Source: Acidobacteriota bacterium
GTDB taxonomy: Bacteria > Acidobacteriota > Thermoanaerobaculia > Gp7-AA8
DNA length: 64,000 bases
NCBI GenBank assembly: GCA_019244185.1
Contig: JAFATB010000026.1
Location: forward strand, 32,001 to 96,000
Direction: 5' to 3'
Shown: positions 36,514-46,793 of the stretch, one piece after another
Layout of the letters: each line of letters begins with the position of its first letter
How positions within the stretch are numbered: position 1 is the first letter of the stretch
Program-made: the position numbers and the translations under genes
The notes under the pieces: generated by a model
Told to the model about the DNA's origin: nothing
Seen by the model: the letters and a program-made list of their open reading frames with translations, nothing else
Database searches by the model: none

Positions 36514-37089
36514 CTAGTTCGACGGCGCGGCGCACGCCGTCGCGGATGGATTCGTCGGCTGATTGTTCTTCGTCATCCACCAGTAGTAATAGTCGTTCGC
36601 GAACTTGCTCTCTCCCGGCGTCGCGCCCGACCAGAGCTTGCCGCAGACGGAGCTCGGATTGGCGCACAGGCCGTTCGCGACCAGGACCACGGTCGGCTTG
36701 GTGCTCGTGGGGCACTTGCAGATCGCGCGCGTCGGATCGTGCGGGTCGGCCTCGCATTTGGCGCCGTAGCACCACGCCCATTGCGTCGCGGCCGGACAGC
36801 TGACCGTGCCGCTGCCGAGGTTGAAGAGGTTCGAGTAGGTGGAGGTGAGAGTCTTCTGGCGATCGCTGCACGAGTTCGGGCCGAGGTTCCAGCCGGTCTC
36901 GAGGACGCACTCGCATGGGTAGAGGTTGTTCGCGTCCGGCTTCTTTTCACAGGGCGCTTTGATGCAGAGCGCGTAGGTGCTGTTGCACATCGTCGCGGCG
37001 CCCTTGAAGTCGGCCGGCTTCTTCGGTGCGTCCGCGGCGGCGGCAGACATAGCTATGGCGAGCAGGAGTACCGTAGCTGCATTTTTCAT
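36514..37089 (-). CDS. Secreted cysteine-rich protein
   Basis: Signal peptide, 14 Cys, twofold internal repeat. Confidence 0.8.
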   Translation of the reverse strand: MKNAATVLLLAIAMSAAAADAPKKPADFKGAATMCNSTYALCIKAPCEKKPDANNLYPCECVLETGWNLGPNSCSDRQKTLTSTYSNLFNLGSGTVSCPAATQWAWCYGAKCEADPHDPTRAICKCPTSTKPTVVLVANGLCANPSSVCGKLWSGATPGESKFANDYYYWWMTKNNQPTNPSATACAAPSN

Positions 37090-37166
37090 GATGTGGAGAT
37101 CCTACGCCTGCGGAGCTCGCTTTGCACGCCAGCCTCGCCGCGAACTGCGAAAATGCGGTTCTCACG

Positions 37167-39680
37167 ATGACTCCCAACCTTCTCGAACGCGACGCCCCGC
37201 TCGCGGAGCTCGAACGCGCGAAAGACGATGCGGTCGCCGGCCGCGGCTCGGCGGTCGCCGTCATCGGCGAGGCGGGCATCGGCAAAAGCTCGCTGCTGCA
37301 GGTCTTCGCGAGCGCGGCGCGTGACGACCTTCGTCTGCTCGCGTCGGGCTGCGAGGCGCTCTTCACGCCGCGTCCGCTCGGCCCGCTCTACGATCTCGCT
37401 CCGGAGCTCGGCGTCGACATGGAGCTGCCGCGCGAGCGCCTGTTTCCCGCGGTGCTGGCGGCACTGCGACGCGAGCCGACGATCCTCATCGTCGAGGACG
37501 TGCACTGGGCCGACCGCGCCACGCTCGATCTTCTCAAGTACCTCGGCCGCCGCCTCGCGGGCGCGGGCGTGCTGCTCGTGGTCAGCTACCGCGACGACGA
37601 GATCGCGCCCGATCATCCGCTGATCACGCTCCTCGGCGATCTCGGTTCCGCGCTGCGCCGTATCCGCCTCGCGGCGCTGTCACCGGATGCGGTTCGCGAG
37701 CTCGCCGGCGATCGCGGCGAAGGGCTGCACGAGCTGACCTCCGGCAATCCGTTCTACGTGACCGAGGTGCTCGCCGCCGGCGCCGAGCGCGTGCCGCCGA
37801 CCGTGCGCGATGCGGTGCTCGCGCGAGCGGCCGGACTCGCGCCGGAAGCGCGGCGGCTCATCGAGCTCGCGTCGCTGATTCCGGGTCGCGCGGAACTGCA
37901 TCTGCTCGACGCGAGCGTCGATGATGCGGAAGCCGCGGCGCGCAGCGGCATCGTGCGCATCGAGCACGCGTCGATCGTGTTTCGTCACGAGCTGGCGCGG
38001 CGTGCGATCGAGGACTCGCTCTTCGACGCGCGGCGCATGCCGATGCATCGGCTCATCCTCGAACGCCTGCTGGGCGCACACGAGAAGTCGTTCGCGCGAC
38101 TCGCGCATCACGCCGCCGGCGCGCGCGACGCGGCGGCGATCCTTCACTACGCGCCGCTCGCCGCGGCCGAGGCGGCGAAAGCGAGCGCGCATCAGGAGGC
38201 CGCCGCGCACTATCGCACCGCGCTGCAGTACTCTGGCGCGGCGAGCGAAGCGGAGCGCGCGGCGCTGCTCGACGCGCTGTCGTACGAGTGCTATCTCACC
38301 GACCGTCTCGACGAGGCGCTCGAGCGTCGCGTCGAGGTGCTCGCGATCTGGCACGCCCTCGGCGAGACGCGCAAGGAAGGCGACAACCTGCGCTGGCAGT
38401 CGCGCCTGCACTGGTTCCTCGGCCACAACGCGGCGGCGCACGACTGCGCCACGCGCGCGATCGCGATCCTCGAGCCGCTGCTGCCGAGCCGCGAGCTGGC
38501 GATGGCGTACAGCAACAAGGCGCAGCTGCACATGCTCGCGCAGGAACGCGACGAGGCGGCGGCGTGGGGCGCGCGCGCGATCGCGCTGGCCGAGGAGTTC
38601 GACGACCAGGAGATCCTCGCGCACGCGCTGAACAACGTCGGCACCGCGGAGGATTACGACGAGCTGATCGAGCGCAGCCTGCGCATCGCGCTGCAGCACG
38701 GCTATCAGGAGCACGTCGCGCGCGCGTACACGAACCTCGCCTCGGCGAACGTGCGGCGCTGCAGCTACGACGCGGCCGCGCGGTGGCTCGAGGAGGGCAT
38801 CGCGTATTGCCGTGACCGCGATCTCGATTCGTGGGTGCTGTACATGCGCGCGTGGCGCGCGCGGCTGCACCTCGAGCGTGGCGCGTGGGATGCGGCAGCG
38901 GAGGACGCGGAGGTGGTGCTCGCGCGCGGCGCGTCGTCGGTCACGCGCGTGCCGGCGGCGGCGGTGCTGGGACGCATCCGCATCCGCCGCGGCGATCCGG
39001 GAGGGATGGCGCTCCTCGACGAGGCGCGCGAGCTGGCGTTGCGCACGGGCGAGTTTCAGCGGATCGCGCCGGTCGCGTCCGCGCGTGCCGAGGCGGCGTG
39101 GCTGCGCGGGGAGACGAGCGGGGCGGCGATGGAGGCGCGCGACGCGTTCGCGATGTCGGAAGGACTCGCGGAGCCATGGGCGCGCGGCAGCCTGGCGATG
39201 TGGCTGGAGCTCGACGCGCCGCCGGACGGGATCGCGGAGCCGTTTGCGTTGCTGCTCGCTGGACGTTGCGTCGAAGCGGCGGATGCATTCCAAGCGGTCG
39301 GGCGGCCGTACGAGGCGGCGCTCTCGCTGGCGCGGGCGGACGATGTCGACGCGCTGCGCCGCGCCGCCGCGATGCTCGAGCGCCTCGGCGACGGCTCGCT
39401 GATCGACGTCGTGCGGCGCAAGCTGCGCGCGCTCGGCGTGCGCGGTCCGCGCGAGACCACGCGTGCGAATCCCTCGGGACTCACCGAGCGCGAGATCGAG
39501 ATCCTCCGGCTGCTCGACGAGGGACTGCGCAACGCCGACATCGCCGCGCAGCTGTTCGTCTCGCCGAAGACCGTCGACCATCACGTCTCGTCGATCCTCG
39601 GCAAGCTCGGCGTGCGCAGCCGGCGCGAGGCGGCGCGCGTCTTCCGCGCCCAACTTGGGGAATCCGCCGCCGAAAAATAG
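37167..39680 (+). CDS. AAA ATPase (STAND) + TPR + LuxR HTH regulator
   Basis: GEAGIGKS, EDVHWAD, GNPFYV, C-terminal LTEREIEIL...N..IA..LFVSPKTVDHHVS.IL.KL. Confidence 0.92.
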   Translation: MTPNLLERDAPLAELERAKDDAVAGRGSAVAVIGEAGIGKSSLLQVFASAARDDLRLLASGCEALFTPRPLGPLYDLAPELGVDMELPRERLFPAVLAALRREPTILIVEDVHWADRATLDLLKYLGRRLAGAGVLLVVSYRDDEIAPDHPLITLLGDLGSALRRIRLAALSPDAVRELAGDRGEGLHELTSGNPFYVTEVLAAGAERVPPTVRDAVLARAAGLAPEARRLIELASLIPGRAELHLLDASVDDAEAAARSGIVRIEHASIVFRHELARRAIEDSLFDARRMPMHRLILERLLGAHEKSFARLAHHAAGARDAAAILHYAPLAAAEAAKASAHQEAAAHYRTALQYSGAASEAERAALLDALSYECYLTDRLDEALERRVEVLAIWHALGETRKEGDNLRWQSRLHWFLGHNAAAHDCATRAIAILEPLLPSRELAMAYSNKAQLHMLAQERDEAAAWGARAIALAEEFDDQEILAHALNNVGTAEDYDELIERSLRIALQHGYQEHVARAYTNLASANVRRCSYDAAARWLEEGIAYCRDRDLDSWVLYMRAWRARLHLERGAWDAAAEDAEVVLARGASSVTRVPAAAVLGRIRIRRGDPGGMALLDEARELALRTGEFQRIAPVASARAEAAWLRGETSGAAMEARDAFAMSEGLAEPWARGSLAMWLELDAPPDGIAEPFALLLAGRCVEAADAFQAVGRPYEAALSLARADDVDALRRAAAMLERLGDGSLIDVVRRKLRALGVRGPRETTRANPSGLTEREIEILRLLDEGLRNADIAAQLFVSPKTVDHHVSSILGKLGVRSRREAARVFRAQLGESAAEK

Positions 39681-39747
39681 GGAGTTTCTCCCGATGTGCG
39701 CGAAGCGCGGATGACCGATCTTTCGCGGCGAAGGAGAAACTCGAACA

Positions 39748-40020
39748 ATGCCTCGTTACATGATCGAACGGACGTTCCCCGACGGACTGCACATCCCCAT
39801 CAACAACGTGGGCGCCGCGACGGCCGCGCAGGTCGGCGCCGTCAACGCCGGCGAAGGCGTGCACTGGGTGCACAGCTACGTGAGCGACGACAAGAAGCGC
39901 ACGTATTGCGTCTACGACGGCCCGAACCCGGAAGCCATCCGGCGCGCCGCGTCGAAGAACGGCCTGCCCATCGACAAGATGATGGAAGTGTCGGTTCTCA
40001 CGCCGTCGTTCTACTACTGA
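39748..40020 (+). CDS. DUF4242-family small protein
   Basis: MPRYMIERTFP...V.WVHSYVS.DK..TYCVYDGP.PEAIR. AAGGAG RBS. Confidence 0.85.
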   Translation: MPRYMIERTFPDGLHIPINNVGAATAAQVGAVNAGEGVHWVHSYVSDDKKRTYCVYDGPNPEAIRRAASKNGLPIDKMMEVSVLTPSFYY

Positions 40021-40045
40021 GCGCCGCGTCCCGCGGTCAATAAGA

Positions 40046-40073
40046 GCGCCGTCCCGCGGATGCGGGGCGGCGC
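40046..40073 (+). terminator. GC-rich hairpin after DUF4242 gene
   Basis: GCGCCGTCCCGC-GGAT-GCGGGGCGGCGC, 12-bp stem with one G:U. No U-tract. Confidence 0.4.
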
Positions 40074-40249
40074 CTCGTCGTCGTGCCGCTCCGCGTCGTC
40101 GTGCCGCTCCCACGCGACGTCCAGCCACGCGCAGAGGCGCTGCAGAAGCGCGCCGCGCGGCGTCTTCGCACGCGCAAATCCGCGCCTTCCGCGGCATGTC
40201 GCTTGCGTAGGGAACCCCGCCTAGCCATTACAATTTACTTCCGGCGGTC

Positions 40250-43051
40250 ATGAATCACGCAGACGGATCGATTCTGCAGTTCGGTACCTTTCACCTCGCG
40301 CACGGTGTCGAACTGCTCTATCGCGGCGAAGAGGTCGTGCCGCTCGAGCCGCGCGCCGTGCGCGTGCTCCGCTATCTCGTCGAGCACAACGACCGCGTGC
40401 TGTCGAAGGAAGAGCTGCTCGAGGAAGTGTGGCCCGACGTCTTCACGACGGACGGCGTGCTGAAGAAAGCGGTCTCGCAGATCCGCCGCACGATCGGCGA
40501 CGACGCCGAGCAGTCGCGCTTCATCGCCACGTACCACGGCCGCGGCTATCGCTTCATCGCGCCGGTGACACGCATTGGCGCCGCGACGCCGAAAATTGTC
40601 ACTACGACGGAGTCGGAGCTCGTTCCGAACTACGACCAGCTGGCCGCGCGCGACGCCGAGCTGCTCACGCTGCGCGCCGAGTTTCGCAGCGCGCTCGAAG
40701 GCTCGCCGCGGCCGGTCGCCATCGTCGGCGAGACCGGCATCGGCAAGACGCAGCTCGTCCGCCACTTCCGCCGCTGGGCCGTCGAGCAGGGCGCGATCTC
40801 GCTCTACGGACGCTTCTTCGATTACCGCGGCGCGCGGCTCGCGCCGTACGAGCTGTTCATCGATCTGCTCCGCACTGCGGTCGTCAACGGCAAGCCGCCC
40901 GACGGCACGCCGCTGCGCGATGCGATCGAGGCGGCGTGCGGCGTGCGGCTGCCCGCGGAGCTGTTCGAAGACTCGCATCGCGTCGATGCCGCGGGCGCGA
41001 AACCGGTCGGGGGCAACGCCGGCGATCACTTCCGCATCATCGTGCCGATCTGCCGCGCGTGGCTCGCGCTGAGCCGCCGGCAGCCGCTCGTCATCGCCCT
41101 CGACGATCTGCAGTGGGCCGATCCGGCGAGCCTCGACGTGATCGGCTGTCTCATGCGGATGGTGGAGAACGAGCCGCTGATGCTCATCAACATCATCCGC
41201 AGCGGCGAGGCCGAGAGCGCGGACCAGCGCGTCGAGTCGTGGCTCGCCGAGCAGGCGGTGCGGCGCACGTACACGACGGTGCGCCTGCAGCGGCTGGGCG
41301 AGGAGCACTGCCGCGACATGATCGGCAGGATCTTCGGCATGCGGCGCGGCGGCGAAGTGCCGCGCAACGACGTCGAGACGCTGTACGGCCTCACCGGAGG
41401 CAATCCGTACTTTCTCGTCGAGACGCTGCGGCATCTCGTCGCCGTCGGCGCGATCGCGCCCGACGCCGAGTCGCACGGCTGGCAATGGAACGGCGTGCGC
41501 GATCTCTCGCTGCCGGAGACGATCGTCACCGCCGCGCGCGCGAAGATCAACCGCCTCTCCGAGCGCCTGCGCGCGCTGCTCGAGCCCGCGGCCGTCATCG
41601 GCGAGGAGTTTCACGTCGCGACGCTGTGCGGCGTCGCCGGCGCGAGCGTCGAAGAAGTGGAAGAGCTGCTGAGCGAGGGAGTGCGCCGCGGCGTGCTGTC
41701 GATTCAGGGGCTCACGCCGGGCGAGGATTGCCGCTTTCAGCATTCGCTTCTACGCCGTGTCGTGTACGACGCCATTCCGCCGCGCCGCCGCCGCGAGCTG
41801 CACGCGCGCACCGCGGCGGCGCTCGAGTCGGTGTACGGCGCGGAGAGCGAGCGCGTCGCCGAGGCGCTGGCGGCGCATCATTCGGCCGCCGGCGATCTGC
41901 GGCGCTCGTTCGAAGCGGGCATGCGCGCGTGGCGCGCGGCGAGCAGCCGCTCCGAGTGGCGCAAGGCGGTCGCGCTGATTCAGCGCGTCGATGAGCTCTC
42001 GCGACACTTGACGCTCACTCCCGCGGAGTCTCTCGACGTCCTCCTCGCCCTCGGCGAGTCGTGGCGCGCCGCGGGACGCATCCGCGAGTCGGCGAAGGCG
42101 CTCGATCGCGCCGTCGCCATCGCCGCGTCCGCCGGCGATCCGCTTCCCCTGGGACACGCGCTGCTGCGCCGCGGCCTCACGGACATCGCGCTCAGCGACT
42201 ACACTGCCGCGCGCGCGTCGCTTGCGCAGGCGCTCGATCTCTTTCTCGACCGCGACGACGGCGGCGCGATCTCGTACGCGCTCGTGCATCTCGCCGGCGT
42301 CGAGGCATCCACCGGCAACTACGAACGCGCGGCCTTGCTCGTCGAGGAACTGCGGGCCGGCGAGCCGGGCGCCGAGCTCGCGGCGCTCGCCGACGGCATC
42401 ATGGGCTGGTCGCTCGCGCTCCGCGGCGACTACGCGGAGGGCACCGCGCTCATGGCGCGCGCGCTCGACTATCACGATCGCGCCGGCGAGATCCGCGAGC
42501 GCGCGCTGCTGTTGCGCCGCCTGCATTGGGCGTATCTCTCGCGCGGCGACTACGAGCAGGCCATCGAGCTGGCCGTGCGCGCGCGCACCGATTCCGAGAC
42601 CGTCGGCGACGTGAACGGCGAGGCGAAGGCGAACATGGGCATCGGCCAGGCGCATCTCGCGCGCGGCGCGCATGCCGAGGCGATCTCGTATCTCACGCGA
42701 GCGATCGGTCAGCTGAAGTCGAGCGGCGACGCCCATTGCGAAGCCGAATGCTTCTGGCTCCTCGGCCGCGCGCGCTGTGAGATCGGCGCGCTCGACGAGT
42801 CCGCGCATCTGCTCGACCGCGCGCTGACGATGATCCGCCGCATCGGCGACCGCGACGACGAGTTCCGCATCCTCACCGACCTCGCGCGCCTCGCGATCGC
42901 GCGCGGCGACCACGACGCGGGCCGCGCCCGCGCGCTCGAAGCCCGCGATCTCGCCGCGACGCTCGGCAACCGCCAGGGCGTGGAAGAAGCCGAGGCGGAA
43001 CTCGCGCGCTGCGCCGGGAGGGCGGGCGGGGTGGCTAGGGCGGGGCGGTGA
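40250..43051 (+). CDS. Winged-helix (Trans_reg_C) + AAA ATPase + TPR regulator
   Basis: FGTF.L...LEPRAVRVL.YLV...SKEELL..VW...FIATYHGRGYRF; GETGIGKT; DDLQWAD; GGNPYFL; TPR-like C-terminus. Confidence 0.9.
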   Translation: MNHADGSILQFGTFHLAHGVELLYRGEEVVPLEPRAVRVLRYLVEHNDRVLSKEELLEEVWPDVFTTDGVLKKAVSQIRRTIGDDAEQSRFIATYHGRGYRFIAPVTRIGAATPKIVTTTESELVPNYDQLAARDAELLTLRAEFRSALEGSPRPVAIVGETGIGKTQLVRHFRRWAVEQGAISLYGRFFDYRGARLAPYELFIDLLRTAVVNGKPPDGTPLRDAIEAACGVRLPAELFEDSHRVDAAGAKPVGGNAGDHFRIIVPICRAWLALSRRQPLVIALDDLQWADPASLDVIGCLMRMVENEPLMLINIIRSGEAESADQRVESWLAEQAVRRTYTTVRLQRLGEEHCRDMIGRIFGMRRGGEVPRNDVETLYGLTGGNPYFLVETLRHLVAVGAIAPDAESHGWQWNGVRDLSLPETIVTAARAKINRLSERLRALLEPAAVIGEEFHVATLCGVAGASVEEVEELLSEGVRRGVLSIQGLTPGEDCRFQHSLLRRVVYDAIPPRRRRELHARTAAALESVYGAESERVAEALAAHHSAAGDLRRSFEAGMRAWRAASSRSEWRKAVALIQRVDELSRHLTLTPAESLDVLLALGESWRAAGRIRESAKALDRAVAIAASAGDPLPLGHALLRRGLTDIALSDYTAARASLAQALDLFLDRDDGGAISYALVHLAGVEASTGNYERAALLVEELRAGEPGAELAALADGIMGWSLALRGDYAEGTALMARALDYHDRAGEIRERALLLRRLHWAYLSRGDYEQAIELAVRARTDSETVGDVNGEAKANMGIGQAHLARGAHAEAISYLTRAIGQLKSSGDAHCEAECFWLLGRARCEIGALDESAHLLDRALTMIRRIGDRDDEFRILTDLARLAIARGDHDAGRARALEARDLAATLGNRQGVEEAEAELARCAGRAGGVARAGR

Positions 43052-43159
43052 GCGAAACCGGCCGGTAATCCCTGCCGTCACCAAACGGTCACCCAACCGT
43101 CAGGAGCTTTTGCGCGCCGCGCTCTAACTTCCTTCGCGAACAACACAAAGGAGGAAGTC

Positions 43160-46100
43160 ATGAAGGGCCGATCGGTGCGCGTGGTGTGTCTCGTCTTTTT
43201 GCTCGCGCTGTCGTGCGCGTCCCTGTTCGCGCAGGAGCGGAGAAGCGACAGCTCGGTGTACGACAAATATCCGCTGGTGGAGCCGATCGCCGGCGAGCAG
43301 AAAGAGGATTTCGAACAGAGCTTCGAGCTGTACCAGCAGCTGTTCAGCGAAGAGGGCGGCGAGGCGCGCGTGCGCGCGTACAGCGAGCTCACCGCGATGC
43401 GGCGCGCGCGGCATCCGCGCCCGCGCACGAACGGCCCGAACGAAACCGACGCGAACGGCTGCGCGTGGGTCAGCGCTGGTCCGACGAACATCAATGGGCG
43501 CGTGACGCAGATCGCCGTCGATCCGACCGATGGCAACAAGGTCTATGCGACCACCGTCGGCGGCATCTGGCGGTCGGTGGACGGCGCCCGGCGCTGGCAG
43601 CGCGTGTCGGATGATTTCCTGTCTACGGTCTTCAGTTCGATCGCGGTGAATCCGTCGACGCCGAGCGAAGTCATTGCCGGCGGCGGTGACGCCGACTACC
43701 AGAACTCGTACCGAGGCGGTATCGGCATCTGGCGCTCGACCAATTTCGGCGCGCCCGGCTCGTGGAAGAAAGTCAGCCCGCCCGATTTCGACAACAAGAT
43801 CATCTTCCGCATCCGCATCGATCCGGCCTCACCGAACGACATCTACGTCGCGACCAACCACGGCGTCTGGCTCGGCGTCCACAATGGCGGGAACATCACG
43901 TTCTCGCGCATCGGGAACTTCGACGCCGCCACGAGCGATCTCGTGGTCGATTTCGCGTCGACGCCGCACAAAGTCTTCGCCGGCGTGTACAGCCCCAGCG
44001 CATCGTTCGGCAAAGGCATCTGGAAGTGGGACGGCGCGTCGTGGGTGAAGAAAGACAACGGCATTCCCACGGACAACATTCGCCTCGTCGCGCTCGCAAT
44101 GGCGAAAACGCACCCGAACGTGCTCTATGCGCGCATGGTCGCCACCGACGGCCAGCAGCAGGGCATTTACAAGACCATTCTGTCGGGCGATTTATGGGAT
44201 GTGCTGCCGAGCGCGGTGATCGTCAATGACTCCGGCAGCGCCAACTTCTTCTGGTATTCCTGGTACAACAACGTGATCGAGGTCGATCCGACGGACGCGA
44301 ACCGCGTCTATGCGGCCGGCCTCAGTATGTACCGCAGCCTCAATGGCGGTTTCGATTGGGAAATCATCTCCGCGGGACACGATCCCGATTATCCCTACAA
44401 CACGCACGGCGACCACCACGCCCTCACCTTCGACCCGGTCAATCCGAAAATCCTCTATGCCGGCAACGACGGCGGCGTCGATAAATCGACCGACTCCGGC
44501 CAGAACGTCTGGCATTGGCACGACGCGTCCCACGGCATGATCATGACCGAGTTCTATTACATGACCTCGGAGCACGAGCATCCGTCTCTCATCGCCGGCG
44601 GCTCGCAGGACAACGGCACCGAGATCACCTTCGGCAACCGCACCTGGTACAACCCGGGCGGCTGCGACGGCTTCCAGGTCGGCGTCGACGCGAAGAATCC
44701 CGACACGCTCTATGCAAACTGCAATCACAATGAATACGAGATCGCCAATCCCGTCCCCGGGACGATCGGCGGACAGTCGCAGATCGCATGGAACACTCCC
44801 GTGCCCGTGCGCGAGCCCGCGACGACGGATCGCCTTTATGCAGGCGGCGCGCTCGCCGGAGGCGGGGATCTGTGCGACAAACAGACCGTCCTCAAGACCA
44901 CGGACGGCGTGAACTGGTTCTTTACGAACACCGCGTTTCCGGCGGGCGGAAAGGCGCGCGTGATCGCCAGCGCGTCCGCGGCGAATTTCCAGACGTACAT
45001 GGCCGCCGTCGCGTACAACCCTCCCTCGCTCAATGATTGTCCGAATTTCCAGGGCGTGTCGTTCACGCCGGTCATCTGGCGCACCGACAACGGCGGCGCG
45101 AACTGGACCGCCAATGCCACCGGCCTGCCGAAGCTGCTGCCGACGTCGATCGTGTTCGATCCGAACGATCCCTTCCGCGTCTTCATCTCGTACTCCGGCG
45201 GCAACGCGCCGCTCTACATGACGACGGACGGCACCAATTACGTGCCGGTGTCCGGCAGCGGCGCTACCGGTCTGCCGCCGTCGAGCGGCGTGATGGAAGT
45301 GGCCGTCGATCCGTTCGACGCGGACATCGTTTACGCCGCGACGACCGTCGGCGTCTTCCGCGGCGTCATTACGCCGGGCGCGCCGCCGTCGGCGGTCTGG
45401 ACGCCGTTCGACGAAGGAATGCCGGACGGCACGTTCATCAACGGCATCTGGTCCGATCCGAAGACCGGCGTCCTCTATGCCGGCACGTTCGGCCACGGCG
45501 TCTATCGCCGCGACATCCATCCCGACGCGAAGTGCCCGGCGCGCATGCTCGTCGTGCGCGACAACGTCTACGACGACGGCGTCGAGCCTTCGCCTTATGG
45601 CATTCCCGACGCCGAGCATCCGATCCCCGATCCCGCGCGCCCGCAGTTCTACAAGCCGGACGACACGTGGGGCGGCAGAACGTACTGGTGGACGTCGAGC
45701 GACATTCGCGTCTACGTCCCGTCGGAGGCGCTGCCGAAGAACACGTTCTCGCGCGTCGATCACGTGGAGTTCGAAGTCTGTCCGACGACGCTCGGCGATT
45801 GCCCGGCCGGCACGATGGTCGACGCGGCGCCGGTCTCCGGCAAGACCGCGCACGTCTACGTGCAGGTGCAGAACCGCGGCGTGCAGCCGGTGGAGAAGAC
45901 GCGCGTGATCGCGATCTGGGCGCCGCTGTCGGCCGCGTTGCCGCCGCTGCCGCCGTCGTTCTGGTCGACGACATTCCCCGCGAACGGTCCGTGCGGCGCG
46001 ATCGATCCGAGCACCGGCTGGCAGCTCATCGATCCGGTTAATCCGTGCCGGCAGATCGCGAACATCGATGCCGAGGTGCCGGAGCTGGCGCGGTTCGAAT

Positions 46101-46684
46101 GGTCGGTGCCGAAGGGAGTGGATGGACATGCATGCATCCTCACCATCGTCGAATCGCCCGACGATCCGCTCGATCCGAGCATCCGCGCGCAGAACCTCCT
46201 CAAGCCGGAAGAGTTCGTCCCGATCTCGCGCCACATCGCGCAGCGCAACGTCACGATCCAGAAGTTCAAGATGAAGATGCTCGCGCCGATCCTCTTCCCG
46301 ATCCAGCTCATCGATCCGCCGGAGGAGCGCGGCTTCGAGGTCGTGGTGTCGAAGCCCGATCTCCGCGACGCCGTGAAGCTCGCGCTGCCGCGCGGCATGG
46401 CCGCACGTCCGACGTTCGGCGAGGCGCGGCCGATCCGCATCGAAGTAACGCCGGAGCTGATGCGCCAGCTCGAGTCGATGGGTCTCGATCCTGACAACGC
46501 GTGGCAGCTCGAAGGTGACGAGGCCGGCCTCTTCCTCGACATGCGTCCCGGCGATCGCACCACGATCGGCGTCATCGGCAGCCCCGGCTCCGACACGACG
46601 TCGTCGCGCTTCTCGGTCGTGCAGCGCGTCGGAGGCAAGGCCATCGGCGGCAACGTCTATCTCTTCCGACCCGAAGCGCAATGA
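43160..46684 (+). CDS. Secreted BNR/Asp-box beta-propeller protein with C-terminal Ig-like domain
   Basis: Signal peptide; repeats RSVDGARRW, RSLNGGFDW, KSTDSGQ, RTDNGGANW; GNDGGV; GGSQDNGT; AGTFGHGVY. AAGGAGG RBS. Confidence 0.85.
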   Translation: MKGRSVRVVCLVFLLALSCASLFAQERRSDSSVYDKYPLVEPIAGEQKEDFEQSFELYQQLFSEEGGEARVRAYSELTAMRRARHPRPRTNGPNETDANGCAWVSAGPTNINGRVTQIAVDPTDGNKVYATTVGGIWRSVDGARRWQRVSDDFLSTVFSSIAVNPSTPSEVIAGGGDADYQNSYRGGIGIWRSTNFGAPGSWKKVSPPDFDNKIIFRIRIDPASPNDIYVATNHGVWLGVHNGGNITFSRIGNFDAATSDLVVDFASTPHKVFAGVYSPSASFGKGIWKWDGASWVKKDNGIPTDNIRLVALAMAKTHPNVLYARMVATDGQQQGIYKTILSGDLWDVLPSAVIVNDSGSANFFWYSWYNNVIEVDPTDANRVYAAGLSMYRSLNGGFDWEIISAGHDPDYPYNTHGDHHALTFDPVNPKILYAGNDGGVDKSTDSGQNVWHWHDASHGMIMTEFYYMTSEHEHPSLIAGGSQDNGTEITFGNRTWYNPGGCDGFQVGVDAKNPDTLYANCNHNEYEIANPVPGTIGGQSQIAWNTPVPVREPATTDRLYAGGALAGGGDLCDKQTVLKTTDGVNWFFTNTAFPAGGKARVIASASAANFQTYMAAVAYNPPSLNDCPNFQGVSFTPVIWRTDNGGANWTANATGLPKLLPTSIVFDPNDPFRVFISYSGGNAPLYMTTDGTNYVPVSGSGATGLPPSSGVMEVAVDPFDADIVYAATTVGVFRGVITPGAPPSAVWTPFDEGMPDGTFINGIWSDPKTGVLYAGTFGHGVYRRDIHPDAKCPARMLVVRDNVYDDGVEPSPYGIPDAEHPIPDPARPQFYKPDDTWGGRTYWWTSSDIRVYVPSEALPKNTFSRVDHVEFEVCPTTLGDCPAGTMVDAAPVSGKTAHVYVQVQNRGVQPVEKTRVIAIWAPLSAALPPLPPSFWSTTFPANGPCGAIDPSTGWQLIDPVNPCRQIANIDAEVPELARFEWSVPKGVDGHACILTIVESPDDPLDPSIRAQNLLKPEEFVPISRHIAQRNVTIQKFKMKMLAPILFPIQLIDPPEERGFEVVVSKPDLRDAVKLALPRGMAARPTFGEARPIRIEVTPELMRQLESMGLDPDNAWQLEGDEAGLFLDMRPGDRTTIGVIGSPGSDTTSSRFSVVQRVGGKAIGGNVYLFRPEAQ

Positions 46685-46793
46685 AGGAACCTCGTCGCCG
46701 AATGCCGCACGGCATTCGGCGACGAGGACTTCGCGGCGCCCTGCGTCGCCGTGCGTGCAAGAAACGGCGGCGCGAAGTAATCTCTCGCACCGC

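Noticed and set aside
40076-40110. Short CGTCGTCGTGCCGCTCC duplication
   Set aside because: Only two copies in GC-rich intergenic DNA; most likely slippage.
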